From Porphyridium purpureum (taxonomy: Eukaryota), in the NCBI GenBank assembly GCA_008690995.1, contig VRMN01000010.1:1-64000 (forward strand): 64,000 nucleotides of DNA. The letters run 5' to 3'. The translations under genes and the position numbers were made by a program. Positions 19,334-32,675 of this stretch are shown here, piece by piece; the stretch's first letter is position 1, and each line of letters begins with the position of its first letter. The notes beneath the pieces were generated by a model. It had not been told where the DNA came from. It was given only the letters and a program-made list of their open reading frames with translations, and ran no database searches.

Positions 19334-21304
19334 TCATGTCTCATAACCGTAGCCACTGGCAGAAACTTCGTAGCACAGCTTGAGCAAAGTGCCACGACGA
19401 CCGCCACCGCCGCACCGCGCCGGTCACCGCCCCCACGCCAGCTCAAGACAAGCGCCATGTTTTCTAAAAGACGCAGGCTCCTAGCCCACGTCGCCGCTTG
19501 CCAGGCGCCTTCGATGAGCGCGGGCGCTCGGCAGAGCACCGGCGCCTCAGTGGCATGGCAAGCAAAAAGGTCCAGCCGCTGCTTCACTGGGCACGCATCA
19601 AAACCGGTACAAAATGAGACGCGGACGTGCTCAAGCTCGGCGCGGTCGACGTGCGCGTTCGTGGCATCTACGCCCAACGCAACGTTCAGCCACCGCAGAC
19701 TTTCTTCTACGTGTCGCGCAGCGTCCTGCTACACCCCCAAGTGTTTGCGAGATGCAGCGCGTGGACGCAGGCATGCGAGCACGCGCGCGAGCTGCCGCTC
19801 AACCACATTGCCTGCGCGAATCAGATGCCCCTGGAGCTTGTCGCGTATCGCTTTGTGCCGCATAAGCGGGCACCAGAGCGCGTCGAGCGATTTTCCGTAT
19901 AGATGAGCCGATCGCTCCGAGCCTAGTCGATAACGAGACGCAGCAGCACAAAAAATGCGACCGCAACGTTGACCGAGACGCAATGCAACCCCGCGGTGCA
20001 AATCACATCGCAGCGCTTTCTAAAGATGCCGCTGCTGCGTGCTTGCGAAACGGTGCTTTTTCACTATGCTCGTTCGAGCCCATACGCAAGGATGGCCATG
20101 CAATGCATCACCACCCATTTCTACGCGCGGCCGCGTTTCTGCTCGCCACGCGGTGCACGCTGAAACAGGCCAATTTATTTGCGGGAAAGCGGCGCTGCAC
20201 GGATTTGCGGCGTGCATCCTGCTGGCCGCGTGGCTGGCCACGATGCGAAGCGAGGGGCGCAGTGGCGCTTAGGGCGATGACCATGCAGGCTGCTGATGTT
20301 CGGACCGTGACATTCTCACGCGCGGCAGTTTAGAGGGTGATGCCCAGCGCGTCAAAATGTACAAGCGTCGGCAAGCACCACGTGTCTGCGCGTGCGCGCC
20401 ATGGAGACCTTGCTGCTCTTCACAACGCTGCTTGTTTCTCTGCATCTCGTCTGAAATGGTCTCGCAACAGAGCTTTCCGGCCATGTGCGCAAAACAATGT
20501 TCTGGCGAACTTTCCCACTCGCCCACTTACACGCTCTTCGATACATGCGATCTGCATGTGTGGCCGTCACTACAATCACAACATCGACCAAAAGCAAACT
20601 CCGTCAACGTCCTGTGTCCACAAGATACATAACTTTCAGCCATGCACGCATCTCGCACTCATATCTGCGCAGATGGGTTCAACTGAGCAGCAACCGTATC
20701 ACGCATGTCGCGCTGTCCGGCCTAGTCAGCCTTTGCCTCGTTCGTGCTTGCCTTTACATTACGTATCGAAGTATTCGCTCAGCACTGCGTAAACTGTCAA
20801 GAGGCCGAAACATGATCGGATCCCGTGCATTTCTTGTGCTCGACTCATATAGAAGCGCACCGGCTCGGTGAGAGACGCCTGGACTGTTTGCGCTGCATGC
20901 TCGCGCGACAATGTCCAGGTGTTCTGTAGTCAAACCACTTAGAGTCGCGGTCGACACACTCAATGCGAACACAGCGATACTTTCCTGTAGAATAGGGTCA
21001 TCGCAGCACATGTGCGAAAAGGCGACTATTCGTCATCTGGCATAACAAGCTTGGCATACAAGACTCGCCAACGTCTCGCCTCATGAGAGGTGTGTCGTAG
21101 TCAAAGGACACCTGTAAATAAGAAAAGCAAATAAGATTCTCCTCTGGTTGGACGTTGGTGCGGCATGGCACAACGGCCACCTCCGCACTTCGGTGGCGAT
21201 GCAGAGCGGGGACAGCTAGGTCTGGTCAGTGCTTTGTTCTGGATGTTTAAGATTGACACGTAGAAAAAGTCGCGCATCTACAATCACTTCTCAGATCACA
21301 AATG

Positions 21305-22213
21305 CTAGTCAGCTGGGTATTTCAAAGAAAACTGCGCAGCTGTATGTCCCTGTTCCGCGGCCTTTCGGTACCAGTCGACCGCCGCACGCTTATCCTGCGG
21401 CAGACCACCCTCACCGTTGCAGTAATAATAGCCCAAATGATACTGCGCCATTGCTTCTCCCTGTTCTGCGGCCTTGCGGAACCAGTGAACCGCCACGCAC
21501 TTGTCCTGCGGCAGACCGCCCCACCCGTTTTCGTAATGAACTCCCAATTTACACTGCGCCGCTGCGCAACCCTGTTCCGCGGCCTTGCGGTACCAGTCGA
21601 CTGCCGCATCCCTATCCTGTGGCAGCCCGCCCTCACCGTTGCTGTAATGAGCGCCTAAATTATGCTGCGCGCTTGCGTCTCCCTGTTTCGCGGCCTTGTG
21701 ATACCACTCGACCGCCGCGTGCATGTCCTGCGGCAGCCCACCATCCCCGTTGTCGTAATAAACGCCCAAATTACTCTGCGCCCTTTCGTTTCCGTTTTCC
21801 GCGCCCTTGCGGTACCACTCGGCCGCCGCGCGCTTGTCCTGCGGCAGCCCGCCCTCCCCGTTACTATAAAAGACGCCCAAGTTAAACTGCGCTCCTGCGT
21901 CTCCCTGTTCCGCGGCCTTACGGTACCACTCGGCTGCCACGCGCTTGTCCTGCGGCAGCCCGCCTTCCCCGATGCAGTAACAATAGCCCAAATTGCATTG
22001 CGCCGCTGCTTCTCCTTGTTCCGCGGCCATACGGTACCACTCGACCGCCGCGCGCTTGTCCTGCGGCAGCCCGCCCCACCCATTCTGGTACCAAACGCCC
22101 AAATTATACTGCGCCTGTGCGTTTCCCCGTTCTGCGGCCATGCACCACCACTCGACCGACGCGCGCTTTTTCTTGGCCGAACCGCCCTCCGCGTGGCTGT
22201 AACTAACGCCCAT
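21305..22213 (-). pseudogene. Sel1-repeat array (~8 units), 5'-truncated paralog
   Basis: Same 37-aa unit; upstream reads DAAA-stop where Q is expected, and no kinase lies upstream. Confidence 0.75.
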
Positions 22214-25200
22214 CTTAGGTTACGCCGCTGCGTCTGTGTGTTAGCTTAGTCGCTGTCGTTCGTCGCTTTCGAGCAAACATTTGACGAACGCACCAACTGT
22301 TCGCTCCCTTCCCTCCTGCCCTTCTCCATTCTCCCATTATCGTTCGACGCACCTTGACAACTGGAAGAGCAACTTCAGCACCCACGCCTCGCCACGCTGG
22401 AACTCTTGCGCGGGTGGGCCTTTCTTGTGACGAGGAGGCGTTTCTTGCGCGCACGGTGTTGAGATGCGCGGAGAGCGGCGCGTCGGACATAACGGATAAT
22501 GTGGAATCGTTGAGCCGTTAAACCGGTTAATGGTACGGGCTGTGGCTCAAGATGGGAAGCTATTTGCTGCGATGATCGGCCGGCGGCACGACCGTGGAAG
22601 AAAGGGTCCGCCGATTTGTAACCTGCGCGCAAAGCTTGGCGTAGAGCGCGACGGCGGCGGTTGTCGGGAGGGAGTGCGAGTTGGAAAAGATGTTCGTTTA
22701 GAGCGTGATAAACTTGGTTGTTGGATTGAACTTTTGCCATCAGCGGAACGAGGTTCCTGCGGTAATTCTTGGCTGCTTCTGAGAAAATGGTGATTGCGAT
22801 GGCCCGTTCGTCTCGTTCCAAGTTCCAATTACGATGGAAGTTTAAGAACGGTGAATTTCAGCACAAAATTTTTTTACCTTGACAATTTAACTCTTGTTTA
22901 ACTTTTGCTCTCCTGTCTTCTGCCGCTTTTACTTCGCTTTAAACCGCTTGAAACATGCCGTCTTCTATAGTCGCGTTCGCGGCAAATGGTCAGCGTATTG
23001 CGCTCTTGCCGTGACACCTTGCTCCGATGCAGCGACCCCTCGTGCTCGTGTTTTGAAATCTGCACAGTATTCAACTTGCGTCCCTTCGCGAGCGTCTCGA
23101 GCAATCCTTCTCGAGATCATAATAGTTTCTGAATTTAAGGGACGAAGTTGATCACTACCAATTCTTCGAAATTGCGCGGGGTACGCTCGCGTGAGTACAG
23201 CCTGCAAAGTCTGGACAGCGACCCGTTCGCCGCAGACGCACGGCGACTCGTGTGGAGGAGAGCGAAAGAGAGAATTTAAGCGATCGCCTGTGCAGCGGAG
23301 GAGGGCGCCTACGTGCGCAAAAGACGCTCTAGAACGAGCAATTTGGCCCAGCGTCATTGGAGGTCCCTGTACGCGAAGCATGCAGGAGTGAGATTTTCGC
23401 CAACGCGCGGCGGGCATCTCTGTGGCAGAAGAGAATGAAGTCTGGCCGTCGTGAATACGCAAAACAAGTCTAGTATGATCGGAAATGGGGCGCACGCCGA
23501 TGGTGAGCAATGGTCACCACAGGCCTGGTGGATTGAGGCAAGGCGCGCCCGCGGAGTTGCGAGGAATCTTTGCAGGCACCGACAAAGATGGAATATGGCA
23601 GGAACTTGGAAAATTTGAAGAATCTTACCTCCAAGGAGGCTGAATTGATTTTTGCGCAGGCGCAGATGATGAGCAGAGGTCGCGAACGCCAGGAAGTTTT
23701 TTATCCTTTGCGGACGCAGACCTTGAAGTATAAAAGGCACATCCGCGTGGAGTGGTGACGCCGGAATAGTGTGGTTTTAGAGGTGTAGACATAGTCAGTG
23801 GGAGAAGATAAAGTTTGCTTTTAGAAAATCTCAAATGTCCGCGCACGCAAGTGTATCTGAAGTGGTTGAGCACGTAGTGGTTCAACAATTAAAAATCGTT
23901 AAAAGTTTACTGAAAATAACGCAAGTATTAGTATTAATAATGTGCGAGCAAAATGGATAGGACCCCCACAGTTCTTTCCCAATTCAGAGTTTTATATGAA
24001 AAGCTCATATTTTAGTACGATTTGGACAGGAAACCGAAGAAGGGCTTGAGGAATGGACCAAAAATAGAGTCAAAAGGGATTTGACCTCCAGTTTTGTTCA
24101 AGCAAGTATGCAAGAAGGCAAAAGCAAAACTGACCCGGATCGCCCCACCTTTATGCACGCTCACGCCGCCAAAGTCCCCACGTGCGATCTTCCACTGGCT
24201 CATATCGTATGTCCAAGGTAGCCAGCTTGACAGCGCTTTGCGCAGGAAAAAAACAGCACTGTTCAGCCTGTCCACGGTCCTGTACTGTCTTTGGTCCTCA
24301 AAAACCTTGTAGTCCGCAAACTCCGGAAGCTTGCAATCGTACGAAAGTCTCAAAGTCGCGCAAGCTACTCAATAGTGCAGTTCCGTCTCGAAATCGCTGC
24401 TTCTTTGTTGGCAGGGTACTGCTTCGTATGGTTTTACATCCGAATGATGCCATTTCCCGCTCAAGCCCACTGTTTCTGAAGCTTCTTTCTCCTCTCCAAC
24501 ATGCGCACGTACTTGTCCGCGGTCACTCCGGCTTCAGCAATATGAATGCATAGTTCTATAGAGTTTAAGCTTGCTTCCCAGGTGGTGAGACTTCAACCAC
24601 CATTTGAGTAGATCAAGACGAATGCGTGATGCCCACCTCATCCATGTATTCCGCGTGAAAGGTATCTGGACGCATCCAAATAAAATTTTTTCTTGTAACA
24701 AGGAACAACCTTCTTCTACTTCTCGCAGAACGCTGCTTGAAATCTGGCACTTTAAAGTCCTTTCTGCTTTCGGAAAAGTACCAAAGAAGGATTCTTCGGC
24801 GTGGAATGGAAGGTGAAGTGCTGCTGCTTTGCTTTGCGAAAAATGGTCCATGATTCGAAAATCTTTGCTCCGTGTAGGCGCGAATGTTTGGCTACGGGGC
24901 TTGCCTTCAAACATTTCCCAAAACTTGCACTGTTTGTATTCTTTTTCATAACGGGCGGCGTGGGCTTCAAGGCGTTGTTTGAGTCGTAGTTCAAGCCGTA
25001 GGCATCAGGATCTTGCAAACAGTGGCGCATTCTGGTCCGAAATCGATTTACTTTACTCTATATTACATACCGACTGTTACTGGCAGCCTCAAAGACCAAA
25101 ATGGAACCCTTTTTTCAAGCTGCGAAAGCCTGTGTGTACGTCCCATGGTAGCTGAGCGGCTGTACCGCCAAGGTGCTTACACAATGGTTAAGCTCTGTGC

Positions 25201-27068
25201 TGCCTGTCCGTGCTCAGCCTCGGATTGTCGCCGATCTTGTTCCCTGGCTCTATCTTTTTCGTGCGCGCATTTTGCTTTACCCACATCGGAAAACACCACC
25301 CTAAGTATTAAAACAATCGAATTTATCATAAACTGCAGCAAACGTGAGGGGGGGGGGTGTCGAAACCGCCGCTTCTTGCCCTGGAATCGTCCCCACTTCA
25401 TACCGCGTGCCATCCGATGTTGGAAAATACTAGAAGGTCTACAGACTAGCTGAACTAGGATTATACAAGCACAAGCGTTGATGTATGTGTGCGCGCCCAC
25501 GAAACAGGGCTAATTTTCTCTCATCCAAGTGCCTTGGAGGCCGACTGCGAGTCCGTTTAGGGTGCACGTGTGCTCTTACAAGCTTGATGTACGAAGGCGA
25601 CAAAAGCCATCGCACGCTTCGAGAAAATAGGATAAAAAGCTAGAGATACGGTTAGCGCAAAACGGAGTATAACACTTTGAGATATCGTCGGAAGGATCGA
25701 CCAGGAGTCTTTTGACAACTTTTCGGCAGGACGATCATCTGCCCGCGAGGACCATTTTACTCTCGGCAGACAGCCACTTTGCTGCAATGTGGAGAATCTC
25801 TTCGGGGCACAAGCTTCGCAGAAGCAGATTGGTGTGATTGTAGCATGTACATTGACCGTGCAGTAGGAAAGCGACGTGCTCAAGGCGAGCTGGAGCGCGA
25901 CGACGTAACAAGGGTGTGCCGTGTGAAGAACGCTTTAGAGGAGTGCACGGACGCGTTGCTTCGGTGCAATACGGCAACTCTTGCGCGGTTGAGTGCGTTT
26001 ACTGTGATTGACCTGGACTCTCGGAAAGGGTATGAGCGAAGTGTCGGTTGTCGAGGAAGGAGAAAAAATGAAAGAAAGATTACTGTTTACTTTGGTGTCT
26101 CCAACACTGCAAAGAGTTTGTTTTGCAGAACGTAACTGACTCTCAGGAATTTGAACGCCATGTTTTGAAGCGGAAGCGAGCAGATTAAAGCGCGACAGGT
26201 TCTTTTCAAGAATGCGGGCGTGAATTGATGTTCTGGGGGTTACACCGGGAAGGTTGACAAGGATGGGGGCTTATGAGGTGGCATAGCCACAGAAAGGAGT
26301 TGCTTCACGCGCGAGGAATTTTGGGCATCGTCGGTTTCTTTTCAGGACGAAAATTAGCTGCGAAAGTAGACTTTCACACAAAAAAGGGGTACGCATTCTC
26401 AGAGGAAAAGGCAGTATGTTGGGAGTCAGAGAGGGAAGAGAGCGTGTCCAGTGGATTGTTGTCGTGATGCCGGGGAAAAGGCTCGGCCAGATGTCTGCCG
26501 AGTTGGCAGTGACACACTGCATGTGTTAAGGAAAATCTCACCTGTGGGAGTACTCTTTATTGTTTTGACAATTCACTCCAAGTTATTAAGGAGCGTCATC
26601 GCATCCTCCATATCTGCCTTGCAGACGCCAGATTTCTGTTCTATTTTCTTCTAACGTGCACGTACCTATATTCGTGCCCGAGGCTGCAGCACGACATGGT
26701 TTACGCGCGGCATAGATTTTCCCAATATGCGTGGTTTGCAGCATTTCTTCGCAAGCGTCGTGCTTCCGGCACGCATCTAAAGCTGGCCTCGAGTTCTGGT
26801 GTGGTTGCGCCTCCGTGCGCATTGTCCGCGCGCACGGCACTTTTCGCTTTTCACGCGCTCGCACACGCGCTTTGCCCCGGTCGTTCCTCCGCGGCACACG
26901 CAGGATGCGCAGAACCGCACATGTTAATTAATGCGGCGTGGCGTCGCATTGTTTAACAATGTGCACTGACGTGCGCGCGGGCGCGTGGGGCGCAGCGGGT
27001 CATGCGTTTACGCTCGGCTCGCGCGGCACGCAAGATGGTTCGCGAGGGCAGCGGCGCGGGAGTAGGCG

Positions 27069-29041
27069 ATGAGTTCGCCGACGCTGTGCGCCAGAGACGT
27101 TGCACTGTATCGGCGCCTTGCGCGCGTCGTTCTCCGCCGATCGCTCTGCGAGCGCTGGACGGTCGCACTTTATGACACTGGCTTTGACATGGAGAGCCAC
27201 CCGTTCCCGCACGCTGGCAGAGCGGTGGCAAGCGCCGCGCACCAGAAGGGTACGAGGAAGGCGATCTGCACTGGTACAAGCACGCCACCACAAGCCGGCA
27301 ACGCTGACCTCAAGTCAGCAGATGTGAACGAGTGCGGTCGACGCGGCGGCATTGGACAAAGTCCAAAAGTACAAACCCAGGAGCTCAACCGGAAGCTACA
27401 AACCGCGCTCCAAGGAGACGCTCAGATGGCTGGACTTGATCGCATGCCTGAGCGTATGTTCTATCAGGTGGAACAACTACTACTTACAACAACCGCTCCA
27501 TTTGATGGAGTCACGGTGAGTCTTGGGCTACGACTGCTCCGGCTTCTCTCAGTCGCGCTTCCGCGTGCTAGTCTGGTGTGCGGGGTCCGCGTGCTAGTCT
27601 GGTGTGCGGGGTCCGCGTGCTCCAGCGTGCACGTGCGCAAAGCGTCCTGCTGGACTCGCATGTCATCATGCATATCTTGGAGCTGGCCAGGCCGTGCGGA
27701 AAGATCAATGTTGTATTCGCGGTCGTTCGGTTAGTGTGTATGCAGCAGCACAAGAACGCCTTCGATCTCAAGGGATCGGCCCGCTCAGGGGCCAGAATAC
27801 AGGTCAGAGCAGCGCGCGAACGTTTCAGTGTGATCGATGCCATCGCGATGGACACTCTGCTCCGCTTTTTCACTCTCAATAAGCAAAATCGACTCGCAGC
27901 TGAAGTATGGAAGATGATGAAGGCACGGGCATTTGCAGCAATTCCGTCGCGCCACATAAGTGCCAGCATTCTCTCGCAAGGTGCATGGATTTCTATGGTT
28001 ACTGAGAATGCCACCGAGGCGGGCTGGATTTTTCGCAAACTCATGGAGCTTGGCGTCAGGCCGCATGCGCGCACGCTGGACCTACTGACGCTGACTTGTG
28101 CTCGTGCAGGAGCTTGTGAGGATGCGTGCACACTGATTCGTTGGACGTGTCGACTAGGCTACTCACTGAATGAGAAAACACTGTTTGCTTTTATACGGGC
28201 TGCTCAAACGACCGCGTCGGGGCAAGCTTTGGGGGAGCTGCTCATACCCTTTGGTTATGTTCTACTGGAAGCTGAACGCTTGTGCACAACCAAGCGCCAA
28301 CGGACATTGCTCATGCGGGCATACTTTGAAGCCTTGTATTATGCTGCATCGGGCGAGCAGCTGGCCGATGAGCATGTGCACGACGCAGCTGATTTCGCAG
28401 AGCGAGTGGAAAGCTGGACAACAAAAGATAGCGAATTATCTAGCTACTGTGTCTATCTCTTTTGCCAGGCAGACCGTCTTGACGATGCCCTTCGCGTGGC
28501 ACGGGACAATCATAGACGAGCAAATGGTGCGGGCGTGCGGACAGATGGAAAAGTGCCGGGACAGATGCATGCGTTCGCATACGACGCCGTGATCTTGCTG
28601 AGCATCCAGCAGAACCGGTTACCGGAGGCAATGACACTTGTCATTGGTAGATCGGTCGATAGCATAATGGACGCACGCCTTGCTGTGTTCGCGTCAAAGT
28701 GCTACATCGACCGACTCAGCCGCCTTGAGCAACTTGATCTATGTGCCGAGGTACTTGATGCCTTTGTGCAAAAGTTTGCCGCTTACTTGGGCGAAGCAGG
28801 TCGCTCTGTAGAAGCTATCCTAATGTTTCAAAAGCTACAGCCTCCGCACGATGAATCGACTTCTAGCGATAGCAAGGAAGGACAGTGCACTACCCGCGTG
28901 TCGTTCACAGAATTGGTCGACTTTATGGAAGCATACTTGGCGACATCAGACGATGGTGTGCGTTCGAAAATCGAGGAGGATGTGGCTACCGTTCTCGCTG
29001 AATTGCAAGGCTCGTCCCTTCTAAATCGCACGAATGATTAA
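27069..29041 (+). pseudogene. Helical-repeat (PPR-like) protein paralog 1, frameshifted by a 26-bp tandem duplication
   Basis: ORFs 27069..27734 and 27578..29041 fuse when one copy of the 27561-27612 duplication is removed; the fused sequence aligns with the 32676 paralog. Confidence 0.75.
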
Positions 29042-29106
29042 AGCGCCCTCCACTTCGCCTTTGTCTTCTGGTTCCGGACACGCAGACCTTCTCCGGTCGG
29101 GGCGGA

Positions 29107-30885
29107 ATGGCGGTCGTGCGCAAGACGTTTTACGCGCTGCGAGATTGCTCGTGTATTCCGGTGACGTTGAGACGGAGCCATGGGGCGACGGCACGTTCAG
29201 CAGCGGTGCGGGCCTCTGCGAGAAACGCAGTGGCCGGCAGTGTAGTCCCTTACAGGGTCATCACAACAAGCAAACCTTGTTTTGCGGTTGACGACAGCGG
29301 CGCGGAATCGGGTAGCTCACAGGCGGCGTCTGACTGGGACTATGCAAATGAGAACGTGTTTGTTGTGGGGCGCCATACGGGCAAACGGTCGGAGAACGCT
29401 CCGCGCGTCGATGCTTTGCTCCGGCTTAATACTTCTGTCGATCCTCCCCGGTTCTTGTCCGAGCTTGACTTTTTTCTCGAGCACAAGCTGATTGATGCCG
29501 CGGCTGAGTTGTGGAAAAAGTATCGTACTTTGGCGCTCACGCCAGGCTCTGGCGCCGACATCCATGGCGAGTTTCTTTGGAAAGGCGCGTGGATCTGCGC
29601 AACGACTCACAATGCCGAAGATGCCGCCTGGATAGCGGAACAGTATGAACAGCTCGGTCTTATGCCGCAGAAACGCACGCTCGGCCTGCTTGCGTCGACA
29701 CACATACATGCAGGGCAATTCGAATTGGCGCTCAAACGAATGCAATGGATGGTACGCCTCGACTTTGTTTTGCATCAAGACGAACTGCTCCAATACCTGA
29801 ATCAGAGTTTGAGCTGGAAGTCCGAGCAGCCTTTGAGTGAAATACTGCTCCCACTAGGTGACATCCTGGTCGAAACTCGTTTCCTCTGCTACAAGAAGGC
29901 ATCCTTGCTTGGCGTTCTGCGCGCGTATTTCAAAGCATTGTACAAAGGCGTTGCTGACGGCCGGTTGACTGGTGCTGAGATTCACGACGCTATAGTCTCC
30001 GCGCAGCGTATCCTTGAGCGCTGGAAAGTTGCAGACCACCTTTTGTGGAGTGGTATGGTGTACCTTGCGTCTCGCGGAGAACGCTTGGACATGGCCCTGC
30101 AGGTGGTTCGTGCCAGTCATTCTCGAACGCACTTCAAGCGCTCATCATTATCTGACCCAGCGCCAGGAGTACTCAAGCGATTCGCGTATGAGGCTCTGGT
30201 TGTGCAAGCTGTCGCAGAGAATCGAGAGGCAGATGTAGCGGCGCTCATTTGGAGTGCAGACGGCGGCTCGACAATGAGCTGGCACCAAGCTGCTGTCGTA
30301 TCCTCGCATTTTATCCACGTACTTGGCGGAATCGGCCGCCTAGATTTATGCAGCGTCATTTGGGACACATTTCGTGAACGATACGATAATAATGTCAGCG
30401 TGATCAATGCGTACATGTTCGTGCTCACTGAAGCATTGCGACCTCGTGAGGCTTTTGCGATTTTCCGCAGTTTCTACCAAGAAGGGGGTGCCCGATTTTC
30501 GGCTCCCGATGGCGTGACGTACTCGGTGCTGGCTTCGGCTCTTCTAAAGGCCCTTGAAATGCAAAGTGGAGATAGGAGCGCTGATGGCATGGCTACCTCT
30601 CCGGATGAGGTTGACGAAATGGTTGGCTATGTAGAAAAGTATCTAACGCAGCTCGATGACAATGCAAGTGAGCATGTGCGCGATGCAGAGACAGCTGCGC
30701 AACCACTAAGCCGGCGAGCTCTGCGCGCACGGAAGCGTAAGGAGCCTAGGCCTCGTGATAAGAGCGAGCGCAAAACGAGGGCAAATTGCCTGCAAGAAAA
30801 GGTAGCACGAATTCGTATATACATGAAGAAGGCGCGACGACCAAGAGCAAAAGAAGACAGACTCCGAAAACTTCAGTGCCATTAA
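29107..30885 (+). CDS. Helical-repeat (PPR-like) protein paralog 2
   Basis: 592-aa ORF sharing AAELWK, GAWIC, MVYLAS.G..LD.AL and GRLDLC with its neighbours. Confidence 0.75.
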   Translation: MAVVRKTFYALRDCSCIPVTLRRSHGATARSAAVRASARNAVAGSVVPYRVITTSKPCFAVDDSGAESGSSQAASDWDYANENVFVVGRHTGKRSENAPRVDALLRLNTSVDPPRFLSELDFFLEHKLIDAAAELWKKYRTLALTPGSGADIHGEFLWKGAWICATTHNAEDAAWIAEQYEQLGLMPQKRTLGLLASTHIHAGQFELALKRMQWMVRLDFVLHQDELLQYLNQSLSWKSEQPLSEILLPLGDILVETRFLCYKKASLLGVLRAYFKALYKGVADGRLTGAEIHDAIVSAQRILERWKVADHLLWSGMVYLASRGERLDMALQVVRASHSRTHFKRSSLSDPAPGVLKRFAYEALVVQAVAENREADVAALIWSADGGSTMSWHQAAVVSSHFIHVLGGIGRLDLCSVIWDTFRERYDNNVSVINAYMFVLTEALRPREAFAIFRSFYQEGGARFSAPDGVTYSVLASALLKALEMQSGDRSADGMATSPDEVDEMVGYVEKYLTQLDDNASEHVRDAETAAQPLSRRALRARKRKEPRPRDKSERKTRANCLQEKVARIRIYMKKARRPRAKEDRLRKLQCH

Positions 30886-32675
30886 AGAAAGCATGCAGCG
30901 CTTCATACTCTTGGAATGAACATAAAATTCCTGTACGACATGACCAATTGCAGAAAGAGATTCGTGCTTTGGTCGCAAAGTGTAGGTCGCCTTTGAAACG
31001 AGATGCGGGTCTGAACGCAATGTGCGGAAGGAAAAGAAGAAAACGAAAGTATGTCTGCAGCAATTTATCTTGCACGCAGCGGATAGGACATGATCGGGGC
31101 CCAATGGACTCAGTCGACAGCTTTCAATTTGGCTCTTCGAAGGTCTCGTGTTTGTCCCAGCGCACTGGATGCATAGACTGAGACGACATGAATCTTGCGT
31201 GGCCACAGTCCACACTCTCATTCCACATGATTGTAAGGCATACAGTCACCTCAGACTTTGAGTTCCATCCAATCTCTGGAAATGAGGAGTCGGCTGATTT
31301 GGAATCAGGAAGCAAAGACTCCTCAGCAGTTTGCCGAGAAAGTTTAGATTAGGCACAGTGCTGCCAGGCCCAAAGGTTGCATGATGACACTCGAGCTGAC
31401 TGGCGTTCAGATTTGCGTGTTTCAGCGCACGCGAGATTCCGATCGAAGAATAGGTACCTTGACGACTCGACCATCGAACGGTGCTTTCGAATGAAAGGCG
31501 TCGGATTCACAGCTAAGAAAGATTCAAACGCATTGTCGCGTTCGAAGGGTCCTTCATGGCAATGAGCGAAAAATCGATTTGGGCCCCCTCCATGTCGGAA
31601 CATGAACGAAGAATGTTCAGAATATTGGCGGCTTCATCCAGTCCATTACCCAGCGATTCGGATAAATCGTACGCGGCCTAATTATCCCTCAAGTACCCGG
31701 CAAAATTGAAGGCAAAGCAAGTTTTCGCGGTCTCTCGGCTGCGGAAACGAGGAAATGGTTCCGAGTGCGCGGTGCTTGTGTTCGACTGCGCGCTTCCCAC
31801 TCGGATTGAAGACAAGGCTTAACACGGTGCCGGATAGCCAACCAAACGACGGTGCTTGATCCCAGATTTGGCCAGGCCGAGTTTGATTTGGTGGGATTTT
31901 TTGGGGCAATCGAGTTTAGCATTTCTCCGTGTCCGATGTTCTGAAGACGGCCGATCGTAACTTTTGCAACGTTTACGCATATGGCTCGATCAGTTTTTGT
32001 CACATCAACCACGTCTGAGTGTCGAGCAGTAACTCGCAAATGACAAGCCTCGAGCGCACATCCCGCAAGACGAAAATGTCCTGCACTTGCCAGAACTCAA
32101 GCTCCTCTGCGAGTGGATCGCTTATCTCGGCCTACGAGCATGCATCTGCCGATCGACAATAGAGGCTGATATACGCAAGCGCAGCCTGCAGCCTCACAGA
32201 CAATCGTCATTCAGTCGTGCGAGATGCGGCCGAGCGAGCGCGAGTTTGGCGTTGTTTCTTTGTGTATACCAACCTCACCAACCCAGGCAAAGGGCCGCGT
32301 CGCCGCCAATCGAGCGCAACACTGACTGACGGCCAACCTCTTCAGTTCTCGCGCGGACAGGGCAGACTCCAAGCGAGGCACGCCACTTGAACAGCCCGTG
32401 CCGCGCGCATATTCTGGGTTGATCAGCCCCCAAGATTCCAACCCCGCGTGATGAAGTCGTATGTTGATCGAGTTGTGCCGGGATCGGGCTTCACGAATGC
32501 GGGAGGTTGGTGTGCTGCAGTGCGTTGTTCTTTCTGGTCAGCACAGGCTGGCTGCCGAGCTGCATTGCAAGCTGTCTGAATGATCTGTGTGATCCGCGAC
32601 AATTGAGTCCATGCAGACGGCGTTGGCAGTTGTGCGTCAGGAGGCTCCAAAGCTTGCCTCGATCTCGACCAAGTC

